NCBI GenBank assembly: GCA_965215005.1 | Contig: CBDCCZ010000003.1 | Location: 96,001 to 160,000 of the forward strand | Direction of reading: 5' to 3' | From: Kofleriaceae bacterium | GTDB lineage: Bacteria > Myxococcota_A > Polyangia > Haliangiales > Haliangiaceae | DNA: 64,000 bases | Part shown: positions 27,290 through 39,481 of the stretch, piece by piece | Layout: every line of letters begins with the position of its first letter | How positions within the stretch are numbered: the stretch's first letter is position 1 | Notes under the pieces: generated by a model | Told to the model about the DNA's origin: nothing | Database searches by the model: none | The model's input: only the letters and a program-made list of their open reading frames with translations | Made by a program: the position numbers and the translations under genes

Positions 27290-28750
27290 GTGTCCCCGAC
27301 TGCTTCGTCCATCGCGCCATCATCAGGTCGCAGCACCGACATCGACCGCGCCATGCGCTTGGCGCTGATCGAGGTCGCTTTCTACGCGACCATGGTCGGT
27401 CTTGGCGAGATCTACTTCATCGCCGATGCGGTGCGCCTGGGTGCCGCTCCGCTGGAGCTAGGGTTGGTGGCGACGCTACCGCTATGCGTGGGTGCGCTGG
27501 GGCCCCTGCTGGGATTGGTGGCGCTGGCAAAGCGGGTGCGACGCAAGCTGGTGGTGCTGCTCGGAGCCGGCGCGCAAGCGGCAGCGTTGGCCGCCCTGGC
27601 TGGCAGCGACTACCTTGCCACCACTACGCCGCTCACGCTGATGATTGCGGCCTGCGTCTATCAAATTGGCGGACAAGCGGCCGGGACGGCTTGGGCCTCG
27701 TGGTTCGGCGATTTGGTTCCCGCCGACATCCGCGGCCGATATTTCGCGCGGCGCAACCGCGTCGCGCACACCGTCACGTGTGCTGCCCTCATCGCAGCGG
27801 GCGCGCTGCTGCACGTTCTGGAGCCCGGAGCCGCCGGCGATGTACGCGCAGGCGTTGGCGGAGTGGGCTTTGCGGTCATCTTTGCGGTCGCTTCGATTTC
27901 TCGCTTGCTGTCGGCAATCCTGCTCGCTGGTGCGTACGAAGCGCCATACCAGCGCCTGCCGCGCGCGCGCACGCTGGCGACACTGGCGGTCTCTAAAGCG
28001 GGTTTACCGCTGCGCCGGCTATTGGCGAGTGCGTTTGCGCTTCAGCTGATGGTCTACCTGTCCTCGCCCTTCTTTAGCCCCTTCATGCTCGAGCAGCTGC
28101 GTCTGTCGTATCTCGAGTACACGGCTGGCAGTGTAGCGGTGACTTTGTTGAAAGTGATCACGCTGCCGCGTTGGGGCCGTATTCTCGACCATCACGGCGC
28201 CCGCAACGTGTATCTCCTTGCGGTCGCGCTCATCGGCATCGTGCCGCTGCCATGGCTTTGGGCCGAGGGACTCGCATGGGTGCTCATCGCGCAAGCGCTG
28301 TCGGGCTTCGCGTGGGGCGGCCATGAGCTCGCGCAGTTTGCGTACGTATTGGAATCGACGCCGGAGCAGATGCGCCCGCATACATTTGCCAGTCTCACAA
28401 TCGCGCAGGGCACGGCACAGCTCCTCGGCGGCCTCATCGGTGGCGTCCTGCTGGGATTGGTGGGTGGCGACTTCCGCACCATCTTTGCAATAAGCATGAT
28501 CGGCCGGGCCGCCGTAGCCGCGCTGCTGCCGCGCACGCTGCCCGTGTTGACCTCGGGAAGCCCTGTTCGCCGCCGCCAGCTCTTCTTGCGCATGGTCGGT
28601 ATTCGTCCAAGTGGCGGAGCCTCCCACGGAGCCATCGCCGTGCCTCTCGCAGCAGCAAACGCCCCGGCCGCCCTCACGACGCGCCCCTCAGACACCCCCG
28701 CGCAAGAAACCCATGATCGCACGGGGGCATCCACGCACAGCAAGCGTTGA
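27290..28750 (+). CDS. MFS transporter
   Basis: About 12 TM segments; W.SW.GDLVP..IRGRYF..R and WGRILDHHGAR motifs. Confidence 0.88.
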   Translation: MSPTASSIAPSSGRSTDIDRAMRLALIEVAFYATMVGLGEIYFIADAVRLGAAPLELGLVATLPLCVGALGPLLGLVALAKRVRRKLVVLLGAGAQAAALAALAGSDYLATTTPLTLMIAACVYQIGGQAAGTAWASWFGDLVPADIRGRYFARRNRVAHTVTCAALIAAGALLHVLEPGAAGDVRAGVGGVGFAVIFAVASISRLLSAILLAGAYEAPYQRLPRARTLATLAVSKAGLPLRRLLASAFALQLMVYLSSPFFSPFMLEQLRLSYLEYTAGSVAVTLLKVITLPRWGRILDHHGARNVYLLAVALIGIVPLPWLWAEGLAWVLIAQALSGFAWGGHELAQFAYVLESTPEQMRPHTFASLTIAQGTAQLLGGLIGGVLLGLVGGDFRTIFAISMIGRAAVAALLPRTLPVLTSGSPVRRRQLFLRMVGIRPSGGASHGAIAVPLAAANAPAALTTRPSDTPAQETHDRTGASTHSKR

Positions 28751-28820
28751 TATCCGCAGCAGTAGAGACGAACGCGTCGCCTCGCTCAATCAATACTCTG
28801 AGAGGACCGCGCAGCCGACC

Positions 28821-29156
28821 TCATCGCGCAGCGGCGATACACGCCTCGAGCGCTTCTTGGTCGCTAAACCCGCAACTCCCATCCGCCAGAGCAACGCACT
28901 CTACCTGTTGGTAGCAGTCATACTCCGGCCTCCACTCACACGTCGTCATCACCTCGTTGCCAACTGGCGCGCAGACCGTTCCCGAGCACCCCGTCCGCAC
29001 ACAAGCGAGCCCCTCTGACTCATCAACCTCGTTGGTAGTTGCCGGCTGATCGCCACCATCGTCACCAGCCGACTGCTCGGCAGGGGGCGGCGATTCCTGC
29101 GGACCGCCACAGCCAACTCCCAAACACAAAATCACCACTGCGAGCGCGTGCTTCAT
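28821..29156 (-). CDS. Small lipoprotein with Cys-cluster domain
   Basis: Lipobox GVGC; C..TGCSG.VC.......TTCEWRPEY.CY....C......CGF, resembling the eight-cysteine-cluster domain. Confidence 0.7.
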   Translation of the reverse strand: MKHALAVVILCLGVGCGGPQESPPPAEQSAGDDGGDQPATTNEVDESEGLACVRTGCSGTVCAPVGNEVMTTCEWRPEYDCYQQVECVALADGSCGFSDQEALEACIAAAR

Positions 29157-29215
29157 GCGTCCCGTTATACCGCGGGCGCCCCCGCGCCCACGGCAACGTG
29201 ACGCGAGCTTCTCGC

Positions 29216-31285
<2,070 letters not shown>

Positions 31286-31375
31286 GCGACTTCTTACCCG
31301 CACCGCTCCGCTGCCGCCAGAGTTCGCCGGTGCAGAAGCCAACCCGGCATCGTGAAGCCCAAGGCGCGACCCCGC

Positions 31376-31555
31376 CCCCAACCGAGGTGCGACCGAAGGC
31401 GACCCCGCACTCACGACCGAAGGCGACCCCGCGCCACACAACGCAACCACGACCGGAGGCGACCACGCCCCAACCGAGGTGCGACCGAAGGCGACCCCGC
31501 ACTCACGACCGAAGGCGACCCCGCGCCACACAACGCAACCACGACCGGAGGCGAC
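31376..31555. repeat. Two tandem copies of a ~92-bp unit built from CGACCG(A/G)AGGCGACC subrepeats
   Basis: ccccaaccgaggtgcgaccgaaggcgaccccgcactcacgaccgaaggcgaccccgcgccacacaacgcaaccacgaccggaggcgac begins at 31376 and again at 31468. Confidence 0.85.
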
Positions 31556-31696
31556 AAGCCGAAGCCGCAGGCCGTGAGCTCGGGCGCGGGGGCGTTTCGT
31601 AGTGCTCGCGCCGAAGGCGCGACGCCAACGAAGAACCCGAGCGTCGACGCGCCGCCGGACCGCAGGTCCGCCGGCGTAACGACGCGTCCCCCGCGA

Positions 31697-31800
31697 CCGC
31701 GCTCACGGCCGGAGGCGACCGCGCTCACGGCCGGAGAGGCGACCGCGCTACCGCGCTCACGGCCGGAGACGCCCCCGCGCTCACGGCCGGAGACGCCCCC
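31697..31800. repeat. Four copies of CCGCGCTCACGGCCGGAG with short variable linkers
   Basis: Read directly, just downstream of the FecR-domain gene stop. Confidence 0.8.
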
Positions 31801-31822
31801 GCGCCCCCCCGGCCGACACGCG

Positions 31823-33880
31823 CTAGTTGCCGATCTTCAGCCCCCCACCGGCCTTCACCTTCAGCCCACCCCCCGCTTTCACGCCCCCGCCGCTCTTCAC
31901 CTTGCTGCCCGCCTTCGCGTCGCCCCCAGCTTTCACACCCGCCTTCGCTCCGCCCCCAACCTTCACACTCGGCGCCTTCACCTTCACGCTCGGCGCCTTC
32001 ACCTTCGCCCGCAGACCTGCACCCGCCTTCGCCGCGCCGTCCACCCGCACCTTTGCTCCAGTCCTCACCGCCGGCGCCTTCACCTTCAGCTTGCCCCGCA
32101 CATCCGGCGCCTTCACGTCGAGCTTCCCGCGAACTTTGGGCCCCTTGACCTTCGCGTCGACCTTGGCATTCATGCGCGCATTGAGCCCCCCACGCACGTC
32201 AGGAACGGCAACCCTGCCCCCGCCGCCTCCACGCGCGTTGATACCCGCTCCACCCACGCCAAACACCGCGCCGCCGATCCTCACCCCCGAAGCTACTCGC
32301 ATTCGCGCCTTCACCCGCGGCCGCGCCACACCGATGCGCACCACCGGTGGCCGCGGCACCGCAGCGTCAACCGCGAACACCGGCCGCAGCGGCGCCTTTA
32401 CTTTTACTCCAGCCAGAATCCTGGCCTTCGGCGCTTTTGCCCGTGCGTACCAGTTTGCGCGAACCCGCGCCGGCGCGACCTTCACCGAGCCGTACCAATT
32501 GGCCTCCGGCGCCACCAATCGGACCTTCCGACGATGATCCCGCACCACTACCGTAGGCGGACGGTACACCGTTACCCCAACCCGTTCATTCACTCGCGCC
32601 GCCGGAATCGCGCGCAGTTGAGTCTTCAAGTAGAACGGTGCCACCACCTGACCATGCGCCGCAACCTGCACTCGTCCCATCGGATGATGACGCCAATACG
32701 ATACTCGCATCGGCGCCACGTGCCCATGAACCACCCCATGCAGCTTCTTCTGATACAGGATTGTTCCATGCACCTCGGGTGCGGCCGCAACATAGATTGG
32801 CTGCACCTCGAGCGGATGCCGAACATACAACTCCCCCGTGATGTACGCCCGCGATAGCATCGCGTACGTCAGCGCCTCGAGCCGCAGCGACGCCAAGTAG
32901 GATGCCTCGATCGTTGCACCCAAGTCCGGCGCCATCGCAGCGTAGGCCTTCACATCGCCCGAGTCTGCATAAACCTCCGCCTGCGCGTCCGCCTCGACCA
33001 CTGCAGTGTTCAGTACTTCGAAATCCCCGTACGCCCCGTCTATCTCCGCTTGTAGCTCGCCAATTGCCTCCACTTGCGCTTGCGCCACCGCCGCCGGCTC
33101 CACCGCAGCCTCGGCTCCATCACGCCACGCGCCCCAGCCATCCACGGCGAACGCCGCCGGCGCAGCCACGCTGCCCTCCGCGCTCAGCTCCACCGCCTCA
33201 CCCCCGCTCACCGTCACCGTGTTGCCCAGATCCGCCAGGCCGTTCACCGCGACCTCGCCCTCTTCTACCCCAACTCGCGCCGCCCCCGTCGCCGCCACCC
33301 CAACCGTGTACGTCGTTCCCTTGGTGCCAACGACTCCAGCCGGAGTGAACACCAAGAACGCTCCTTCGCCCTCCGCACGCGGCGACACGCTAAACCGCGC
33401 CAATCCGTACAGCACCGCCACCTGAGACGCTGGTGCCGCCTGCGCGTCGCGATCGCCAATTGCGATCGCCGACTCCTCCGCCAGCTCGATCACCGTCTCG
33501 TCGGCCAGCATTACCGTCGCGCTCGACTCCGGGCCAGTCCGCAATTGATCCCCTGCCCCGAGCACCACCTCACCACTTGCGTCCGCAAACGTTTCCTCGC
33601 CCAAACGCCGCAGCTCGAGCGAGCCGCTGGTACTCTTCACTGCCGCTTCGACACCTGCTTTGGGATCGGCCTGCCACGGGCCTGGCTGCACACCGATTTC
33701 CTCGGCGAGCTTGTCGGCATCCACCGTGGGCGCCGCTTGCGCCAAGGGAGCATCGTCGGCGTTCACCTCAGTCGCCACTTCTTGCTCGCCCGACTCCACG
33801 ACCTCATCGCCCTTGCACCCGACGACGCCGGCGAGAAGCGCCGCGAAGCAAACCTGAATTCTCCAATGGGATGTGCACAT
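31823..33880 (-). CDS. FecR-domain lipoprotein with a long Lys/Val/Gly/Ala-rich repetitive tail
   Basis: Lipobox VVGC; L..GD.LRTG..S.A...L.D.T.I.L...S and TPAG..G.KGT...V..GEV FecR pattern; VKAP/VKAGG repeats; AGGAAAGGGG RBS. Confidence 0.8.
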   Translation of the reverse strand: MCTSHWRIQVCFAALLAGVVGCKGDEVVESGEQEVATEVNADDAPLAQAAPTVDADKLAEEIGVQPGPWQADPKAGVEAAVKSTSGSLELRRLGEETFADASGEVVLGAGDQLRTGPESSATVMLADETVIELAEESAIAIGDRDAQAAPASQVAVLYGLARFSVSPRAEGEGAFLVFTPAGVVGTKGTTYTVGVAATGAARVGVEEGEVAVNGLADLGNTVTVSGGEAVELSAEGSVAAPAAFAVDGWGAWRDGAEAAVEPAAVAQAQVEAIGELQAEIDGAYGDFEVLNTAVVEADAQAEVYADSGDVKAYAAMAPDLGATIEASYLASLRLEALTYAMLSRAYITGELYVRHPLEVQPIYVAAAPEVHGTILYQKKLHGVVHGHVAPMRVSYWRHHPMGRVQVAAHGQVVAPFYLKTQLRAIPAARVNERVGVTVYRPPTVVVRDHRRKVRLVAPEANWYGSVKVAPARVRANWYARAKAPKARILAGVKVKAPLRPVFAVDAAVPRPPVVRIGVARPRVKARMRVASGVRIGGAVFGVGGAGINARGGGGGRVAVPDVRGGLNARMNAKVDAKVKGPKVRGKLDVKAPDVRGKLKVKAPAVRTGAKVRVDGAAKAGAGLRAKVKAPSVKVKAPSVKVGGGAKAGVKAGGDAKAGSKVKSGGGVKAGGGLKVKAGGGLKIGN

Positions 33881-33995
33881 AGCCGTTCCCCTTTCCTGCT
33901 GCTCAGTATCTGCGCCGTGCAGCCTCCGCGAAAGGGAGGGCATGTATGCAGCCAGAGCTAGCGGTAGCGGCTCACGACGGACGCTACAAACCAAA

Positions 33996-34097
33996 AATCG
34001 CTTGCGGGAGACGCCGAAGGGGGCGCGTGAGTAGCAGAAATCTGCCGACCTTGCCCCGCATCGGGGCGACGGATTTCTGCGTCATCAATCCCGCGGC
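33996..34097 (+). repeat. Dispersed ~100-bp hairpin element, copy 1
   Basis: Near-identical to the reverse complement of 47827-47926; internal inverted repeats GCAGAAATC...GATTTCTGC and GCCCCG-CAT-CGGGGC. Confidence 0.85.
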
Positions 34098-34156
34098 GGC
34101 GTACTAAAGCGCCTACTGCCTTACGCCATGCCACACAGCGACCAGCAGTACTCTCG

Positions 34157-34726
34157 TCAGCTCTCGTTCAACGCGCGACGCACGAGCTCTGCTGCACGCT
34201 CCTGCAGCGGCAGGCGCAGCGCTTCGGCGTGTGCGCGCTCGCTCATCTTGCGCCACGTCTTACGCACGATTGCCACCACTTTCTCGCTCGGGTGCTTTGC
34301 TGCAAAGTCCGCAAAGTAGTGCTCGAGGAAGACCAAGCAAGCAACATCTTCTAGCGTCTGCACCTCGTCATCGGTGCCGAGCCCCGTCTTGGTGAGAAGC
34401 TGCCCCACCCGCACCGCCATGGTCTCTTCGTAGCCTTCTTCGCGGACGATGTTGCCGGCAAGACTCGCGTGCATTCGCGCCAGCTCCGCGCGCCAATGCT
34501 TGTAGCCTACTCGGCCTTCGGGATAGGCGGAGCGGGAAATCTTCCAGCGGCAGAGGTGGTGGGCTCGTGCCGCCAGCTGCAGCGCTTGGGAGGCTCGGGG
34601 TGCAAACGATGCCAGTCGCGCACTCATGCGCTCGGCGTAAAGCAGCTCCTTGCCCACCGGGTCCTCGGCGTTGGCGGCATCGAACCGCGCAAAAGTCCGC
34701 TGCAGCCGCGTATCGCTCTCACTCAT
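34157..34726 (-). CDS. DUF4202 family protein
   Basis: FDAANAEDP, ELLY..RM, LAAR.HHL.RW...R..YP.GR.GY..WR, QTLEDVACLVFL, KTWRKMS. Confidence 0.85.
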   Translation of the reverse strand: MSESDTRLQRTFARFDAANAEDPVGKELLYAERMSARLASFAPRASQALQLAARAHHLCRWKISRSAYPEGRVGYKHWRAELARMHASLAGNIVREEGYEETMAVRVGQLLTKTGLGTDDEVQTLEDVACLVFLEHYFADFAAKHPSEKVVAIVRKTWRKMSERAHAEALRLPLQERAAELVRRALNES

Positions 34727-34764
34727 GGCATTTCCTCTCGGCAATCGTGTCGCATACTCGGCGC

Positions 34765-35211
34765 GTGCGCCCGCGTCTACCACCACCGCCTCGACGACTC
34801 CGCGTCATCGGCTTCGACGACGGCCCCTTCGAGCGCCGGACCGGAGCACCCGTTCCGCTTGCTGGCGTGGTGTGCGCAAACACCCGTTTCAACCTCATCG
34901 ACCTGCCGCACGTCGCCGCGACCTGCGAGCGCCCCTGCGTTGCAGTCATGCGCCGGGTTCCCAACGTTGCCGCAATGCGAAACGCGATTGCGCAGCTTCC
35001 CAACGCACCCGAGCGCTACGAGCTCCTCGAGCGCGCCGGACCGATTCACCAGCGCGGTGGATTCGTCTTTCAAGCTGCCGGCGTTGCCGTCAACGACGCC
35101 GCCGAGGCGCTCGCGCGGCTCACCGATACCGGTGGCGTGCCGGAGGCGCTGCGCATCGCGCACTTGATCGGCTCCGCCATCGTCTTGGGAGAAAGCCGCG
35201 GACGCGCCTAA
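34765..35211 (+). pseudogene. DUF99 (endonuclease V-like) family gene with an apparent in-frame internal deletion
   Basis: RVIGFDDGPF...AGVVC..TRF is joined directly to NLIDLP...PCVAVMRR...PEALRIAHLIG; the usual central segment is absent; 148 aa. Confidence 0.65.
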
Positions 35212-35219
35212 CATACATT

Positions 35220-36614
35220 TTAACCCGCCTCTTGTGCCTTGACGATTTCGAGGATGGCGCTCTTCGCATCGCCAAACAACATCAAGGTGTTGGGCGCGGC
35301 GAAAAGTGGGTTGGGAATGCCGGCAAAGCCGGGACTGAGTGAGCGTTTGATGACAACCACCGTTTGTGCCTTGTCGACATCGATGATCGGCATTCCGGCA
35401 ATGGGGCTCGTAGGATCCTCGCGAGCTGCGGGATTGACGACATCGTTGGCACCAAGCACGATCGCAACATCGACCTGCGCGAAGGTGGGGTTGATGTCCT
35501 CCATCTCGATGAGTCGCTCATACGGGACATCCGCCTCCGCCAGGAGCACGTTCATGTGCCCCGGCATCCGTCCCGCCACCGGATGAATTGCAAACTCGAC
35601 CTCCACACCGCGCGCGGTGAGCGCATTCATCAAGTCCCGCACCGCGTGCTGTGCCTGCGCCACCGCCATGCCGTATCCGGGGACGAACACCACCCGCTGG
35701 GCACCTTCCAAGATCAGCGCAACCTCGTCGGAGGTGGTCGACTTGACCTTGCCTGCATAGACATCATCAGCGCTGGGTCCGTCACTGCTGACGTCGCCGA
35801 GCGCAAACAAGACGTTGGTGAGCGAGCGATTCATCGCTTTGCACATGATGGAGGTGAGAATCAGCCCCGAAGCGCCAACCAGCGACCCAGAAATGATGAG
35901 CGCGGTGTTCATCAGCGCGAACCCGGCGGCGGCGGCCGCCAGCCCCGAGTACGAGTTGAGGAGCGCGATGACCACCGGCATATCGGCGCCACCGATGGGC
36001 GCGACCAACGTCACTCCGAGCACCGCGGACACCACGACCAACGCCCAGAACAACGCCAGCGACGGCGCGCTCACCATGGCAACGCACAATGCAATTGCCG
36101 CTAGCGCCAAGACTGCATTCAATACGCGCAGCGCCGAAGATCGCACGGCGCCGCCACCTACCAGCTCTTGAAGCTTGGCGAACGCGAGCACGCTGCCGGT
36201 GAACGTGACGGTGCCGATGAGTGCTGCGAGCGCGATCGTTATCGACTCCGCAGCGTGATCTCCGACCGCCATCCGTGCGAACGCCGGCGCAGCAACCACG
36301 TACTGCGACGCGGCAACGAGCGCCGAGGCAATGCCACCAAAGCCATTGAAGACCGCCACCAGCTGCGGCATTGCGGTCATCTGGACGCGCACAGCAAGCA
36401 CCAGCCCGAGGGCTGTGCCCAATGCCAGACCTATCGCCAAGCTCCCGTAGCCGAGAATCCGCTGATCCACCAACACGGCGAGCACCGCCAACAACATGCC
36501 GATGCCGGCAATGATGTTGCCCCGGGGTGCGGTTCGCGGGTGCGATAGTCCCTTGAGGCCGACGATGAACATGATCGCCGAAACCAGATATGCCAGCTGA
36601 ATCGCGGCGCTCAT
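35220..36614 (-). CDS. pntB: NAD(P) transhydrogenase subunit beta
   Basis: MTAMPQLVA, IGGADMPVVIALLNSYSG, VPGYGMAVAQAQ, HPVAGRMPGHMNVLLAEA. Confidence 0.97.
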   Translation of the reverse strand: MSAAIQLAYLVSAIMFIVGLKGLSHPRTAPRGNIIAGIGMLLAVLAVLVDQRILGYGSLAIGLALGTALGLVLAVRVQMTAMPQLVAVFNGFGGIASALVAASQYVVAAPAFARMAVGDHAAESITIALAALIGTVTFTGSVLAFAKLQELVGGGAVRSSALRVLNAVLALAAIALCVAMVSAPSLALFWALVVVSAVLGVTLVAPIGGADMPVVIALLNSYSGLAAAAAGFALMNTALIISGSLVGASGLILTSIMCKAMNRSLTNVLFALGDVSSDGPSADDVYAGKVKSTTSDEVALILEGAQRVVFVPGYGMAVAQAQHAVRDLMNALTARGVEVEFAIHPVAGRMPGHMNVLLAEADVPYERLIEMEDINPTFAQVDVAIVLGANDVVNPAAREDPTSPIAGMPIIDVDKAQTVVVIKRSLSPGFAGIPNPLFAAPNTLMLFGDAKSAILEIVKAQEAG

Positions 36615-36889
36615 CGCTTATCCTTTCGAGCGAACATCTCCAGCATGCGGTGAGTGACCACGAAGCCGCCGACCACGTTGGTGGTTGCGAGTGCCACGGC
36701 AGCTACCCCAAGAGCAGTTGCCAGCGGCCCGGCTTCGGCGCCGGCCGCGAGTAGCGCGCCCACCACCGTGATGCCGCTGATCGCATTGGAGCCGCTCATG
36801 AGGGGCGTATGCAGCGTACGTGGGACCTTGCCGATGATCTCGATGCCGACGAAGATCGCGAGAACGAAAACGGTGATGAGGATGATCAT
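36611..36889 (-). CDS. pntA: NAD(P) transhydrogenase subunit alpha, part 2 (membrane)
   Basis: LHTPLMSGSNAISG, NVVGGF.VT.RML.MF; overlaps both neighbouring genes. Confidence 0.95.
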   Translation of the reverse strand: MIILITVFVLAIFVGIEIIGKVPRTLHTPLMSGSNAISGITVVGALLAAGAEAGPLATALGVAAVALATTNVVGGFVVTHRMLEMFARKDKR

Positions 36890-38052
36890 GCCGCAGATTC
36901 CTCCAAACCCAGACTCTGGCGCAGGCGCGAATGCACCACTTGACCATCTCGGCACATCAATGTGCCCAAGGTGATTTCATCGCTGGTGTCGATTACGAGC
37001 TGGCCCTCTTTGACCAAGTGGGCGAGAAACGTTGCCACGTTGCGCGAGAACATCTGGCTCGCATGAAACGGCAGTTGACTGGGCAAATTGACCGGACCTA
37101 GCACCGTCACGCCATGCCGCTCAACCTCGACACCGGCTTGCGTGGCCTCGCAGTTGCCGCCGCGCTCTGCGGCCAAATCGACGATGACCGACCCCGGGCG
37201 CATGGTCGCCAGCATCTCATCGGTGACCAAAACCGGCGCCTTGCGACCCGGAATTGCAGCCGTGGTCACGACGACGTCGCTATCGCCAACCACGCGCGCC
37301 ATGAGCTCGCGCTGGCGGCGATAGAACTCCTCACCCTGCGGGCGCGCGTAGCCGCCCTCGCCGCTGGCGCCGCCGGTGTCGAGCTCGATGTCGACGAACT
37401 TGCCGCCCACGCTCTTGACCTGCTCGGCGACCTCGGGCCGCACGTCGTAACCACTCACCACCGCTCCCAGGCGCTTTGCCGTGGCGATGGCTTGTAGTCC
37501 AGCGACGCCGGCACCAATGACGAACACCTTGGCCGCTTTCAACGTGCCGGCAGCGGTCATGAACATCGGAAAACATCGCGGCAGATTGTCGGCGGCGAGC
37601 AGCATCGCCTTGTAACCGGCGAGCATCGCCATCGACGACAGCACGTCCATGCTCTGCGCGCGGGTGATGCGGGGGATCAACTCGAGGCCAAACGCGGTGA
37701 CACCGGCGCGAGCCATTTCCGCCACTCGCTCTGGCGCCGACAACGGATTGGCCAGCCCCAGCACCACTTTATTGGTGCCAAGCTCGCGGAGCGCCTCGGG
37801 CGCGAGAGCCTCATCGGCAGCAAAGGTGTTCACCTGCGCGACGATCGCGGCGCGGTCGAAAACCGCCCCACGGCTCGCTGTGACCTCGGCACCGGCCTCG
37901 GCGTACGCGCTATCTGGGTAGCCCGCCGCGACGCCTGCGCCGCCCTCGATCATCACGCTCAGACCCACTCGCTGCAGCGGGCGCACCGAATCTGGCGTGA
38001 TCGCCACTCGCCGCTCCCCGGGCATGGTCTCTTTGACGACACCAACGATCAT
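36886..38052 (-). CDS. pntA: NAD(P) transhydrogenase subunit alpha, part 1
   Basis: GERRVAITP, PRITRAQSMDVLSSM, IGAGVAGLQAIATAKRLGA, DLAAERGGNCE. Confidence 0.97.
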   Translation of the reverse strand: MIVGVVKETMPGERRVAITPDSVRPLQRVGLSVMIEGGAGVAAGYPDSAYAEAGAEVTASRGAVFDRAAIVAQVNTFAADEALAPEALRELGTNKVVLGLANPLSAPERVAEMARAGVTAFGLELIPRITRAQSMDVLSSMAMLAGYKAMLLAADNLPRCFPMFMTAAGTLKAAKVFVIGAGVAGLQAIATAKRLGAVVSGYDVRPEVAEQVKSVGGKFVDIELDTGGASGEGGYARPQGEEFYRRQRELMARVVGDSDVVVTTAAIPGRKAPVLVTDEMLATMRPGSVIVDLAAERGGNCEATQAGVEVERHGVTVLGPVNLPSQLPFHASQMFSRNVATFLAHLVKEGQLVIDTSDEITLGTLMCRDGQVVHSRLRQSLGLEESAA

Positions 38053-38241
38053 GCAAACCTCCCTTGCAGCGTCGCGCCAAGCAGAGCACGTAAACGCGCT
38101 CTACGGCGCGTGCCATCGTTCGACCGCACCCAGCCAGATTACCAGACTGAGGCGGCTCGAAGAGGGATACGCGGTAAGCGATCGAGAGGTTCCGCCAGCA
38201 AAGCTCGGCGGGAGCACAAACGGTGGCTGCCTTGATGGTGC

Positions 38242-39471
38242 TCAGCGGCCGACGATGAACACGCAGCTGGTGGTCCCACTACCGCCGATGTTCAGTGTGG
38301 CAATCTTGCTGGCACCGTCGATCTGATAGTTACCGGCTTCGCCCATCACCTGCTTGTGAGCATCGAGCAGCTGGCGCACACCGGTGGCGCCCACTGGATG
38401 GCCGGCGCCGATGAGCCCGCCCGAGGCGTTGATCGGCAGTCTGCCGTCGAAGTCGATCACGCCGTCCTCGATGGCCTTCCACGACTCTCCTGGGGCCGTG
38501 ATGCCGAAGTGATCAATGGCCATGTATTCCGAGGTCGTGAAGCAGTCATGCGTCTCGATTCCCGAAAGCTCCCAGACCTCGCGCACGGATGCGCGCTCGA
38601 AGGCATCGGTGATCGCCCGCCGGGTATGCGGCAAGATGTACGGCGCGTCTTTGCTTTGCGCGACCTTGTCGGCAAACGCAATGGGCGCTGTCGCGTGTCC
38701 CCAGCCGAGGATTCGCGGGATGGCTCCGAGCTTGAGGCCGCGCCGCTCGGCATACGCGGATGCGAACGCCTCAGAAGCCAACACCACGCCCACCGCACCA
38801 TCCGTTACTTGCGAACAATCGGTGATCTTGATGCGACCGCCAATCAAGCTGTTGTAGCTACTCGGGCACCGGGCGTGGTCCTCATTCATGAACCACGTGC
38901 GCGTTTGTGCCTTGGGATTTCTCTTTGCGTTGGCGTAATTGATCGCCGAGATGCGCGCCAAGTGCGCATCATCGAGCCCATACCGCTTGTCATACTCGTC
39001 GCCGAGCTTGCCAAACAGCTTGGGAAACGGAAACTCGATACCGTCGGCTTCGAGCTCGTACCAGGCCGCCGTTCCGAGGTAGTCACCACCGACGGCAGCG
39101 CCAACGGTTTTCATCTGCTCGACGCCCACCACCAACGAGCAATCGTAGCGTCCCGCTTCGATTTCCGCGGAAGCGGCCAAGAGCGCAATCGAGCCCGACG
39201 CACACGCCGCTTCGTGCCGCCCCGTGGGCATACCCGCGAAGGCCGGATCGGCCTCGACGAGGAATGCCCCGAGATGACCCTGCATCGCGTAGAGCTCAGC
39301 GGCGAAGTTACCCACGTGGCCAACCTCGAGGTCCTTGGGCTCGACCGCGGTAGCCTCTAACGTGCCAACCACGGCCTCGCGGATGAGAGCGGAGATATGC
39401 TTGCCCTCTTTCGTCCAGTTGCGAGCGAAGTCGGTTTGATATCCACCGAGGATGTAGACGGGTGCCGTCAT
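38242..39471 (-). CDS. Acetyl-CoA acetyltransferase (SCP2-type thiolase)
   Basis: [22 protein letters not shown] motifs. Confidence 0.9.
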   Translation of the reverse strand: MTAPVYILGGYQTDFARNWTKEGKHISALIREAVVGTLEATAVEPKDLEVGHVGNFAAELYAMQGHLGAFLVEADPAFAGMPTGRHEAACASGSIALLAASAEIEAGRYDCSLVVGVEQMKTVGAAVGGDYLGTAAWYELEADGIEFPFPKLFGKLGDEYDKRYGLDDAHLARISAINYANAKRNPKAQTRTWFMNEDHARCPSSYNSLIGGRIKITDCSQVTDGAVGVVLASEAFASAYAERRGLKLGAIPRILGWGHATAPIAFADKVAQSKDAPYILPHTRRAITDAFERASVREVWELSGIETHDCFTTSEYMAIDHFGITAPGESWKAIEDGVIDFDGRLPINASGGLIGAGHPVGATGVRQLLDAHKQVMGEAGNYQIDGASKIATLNIGGSGTTSCVFIVGR

Positions 39472-39481
39472 GGAAGTCTCC

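Noticed and set aside
31376..31800. Possible CRISPR array
   Set aside because: Spacers are duplicated or too short and irregular, and no cas genes are present in the window.
33940..33954. Sigma54-like TGGCTGCATACATGC upstream of the FecR gene
   Set aside because: Spacing is right but the match to consensus is too weak to call.
36611..38052. Split pntA as a frameshift
   Set aside because: The three-gene pntA1-pntA2-pntB layout is a well-known natural arrangement, and the genes are translationally coupled.
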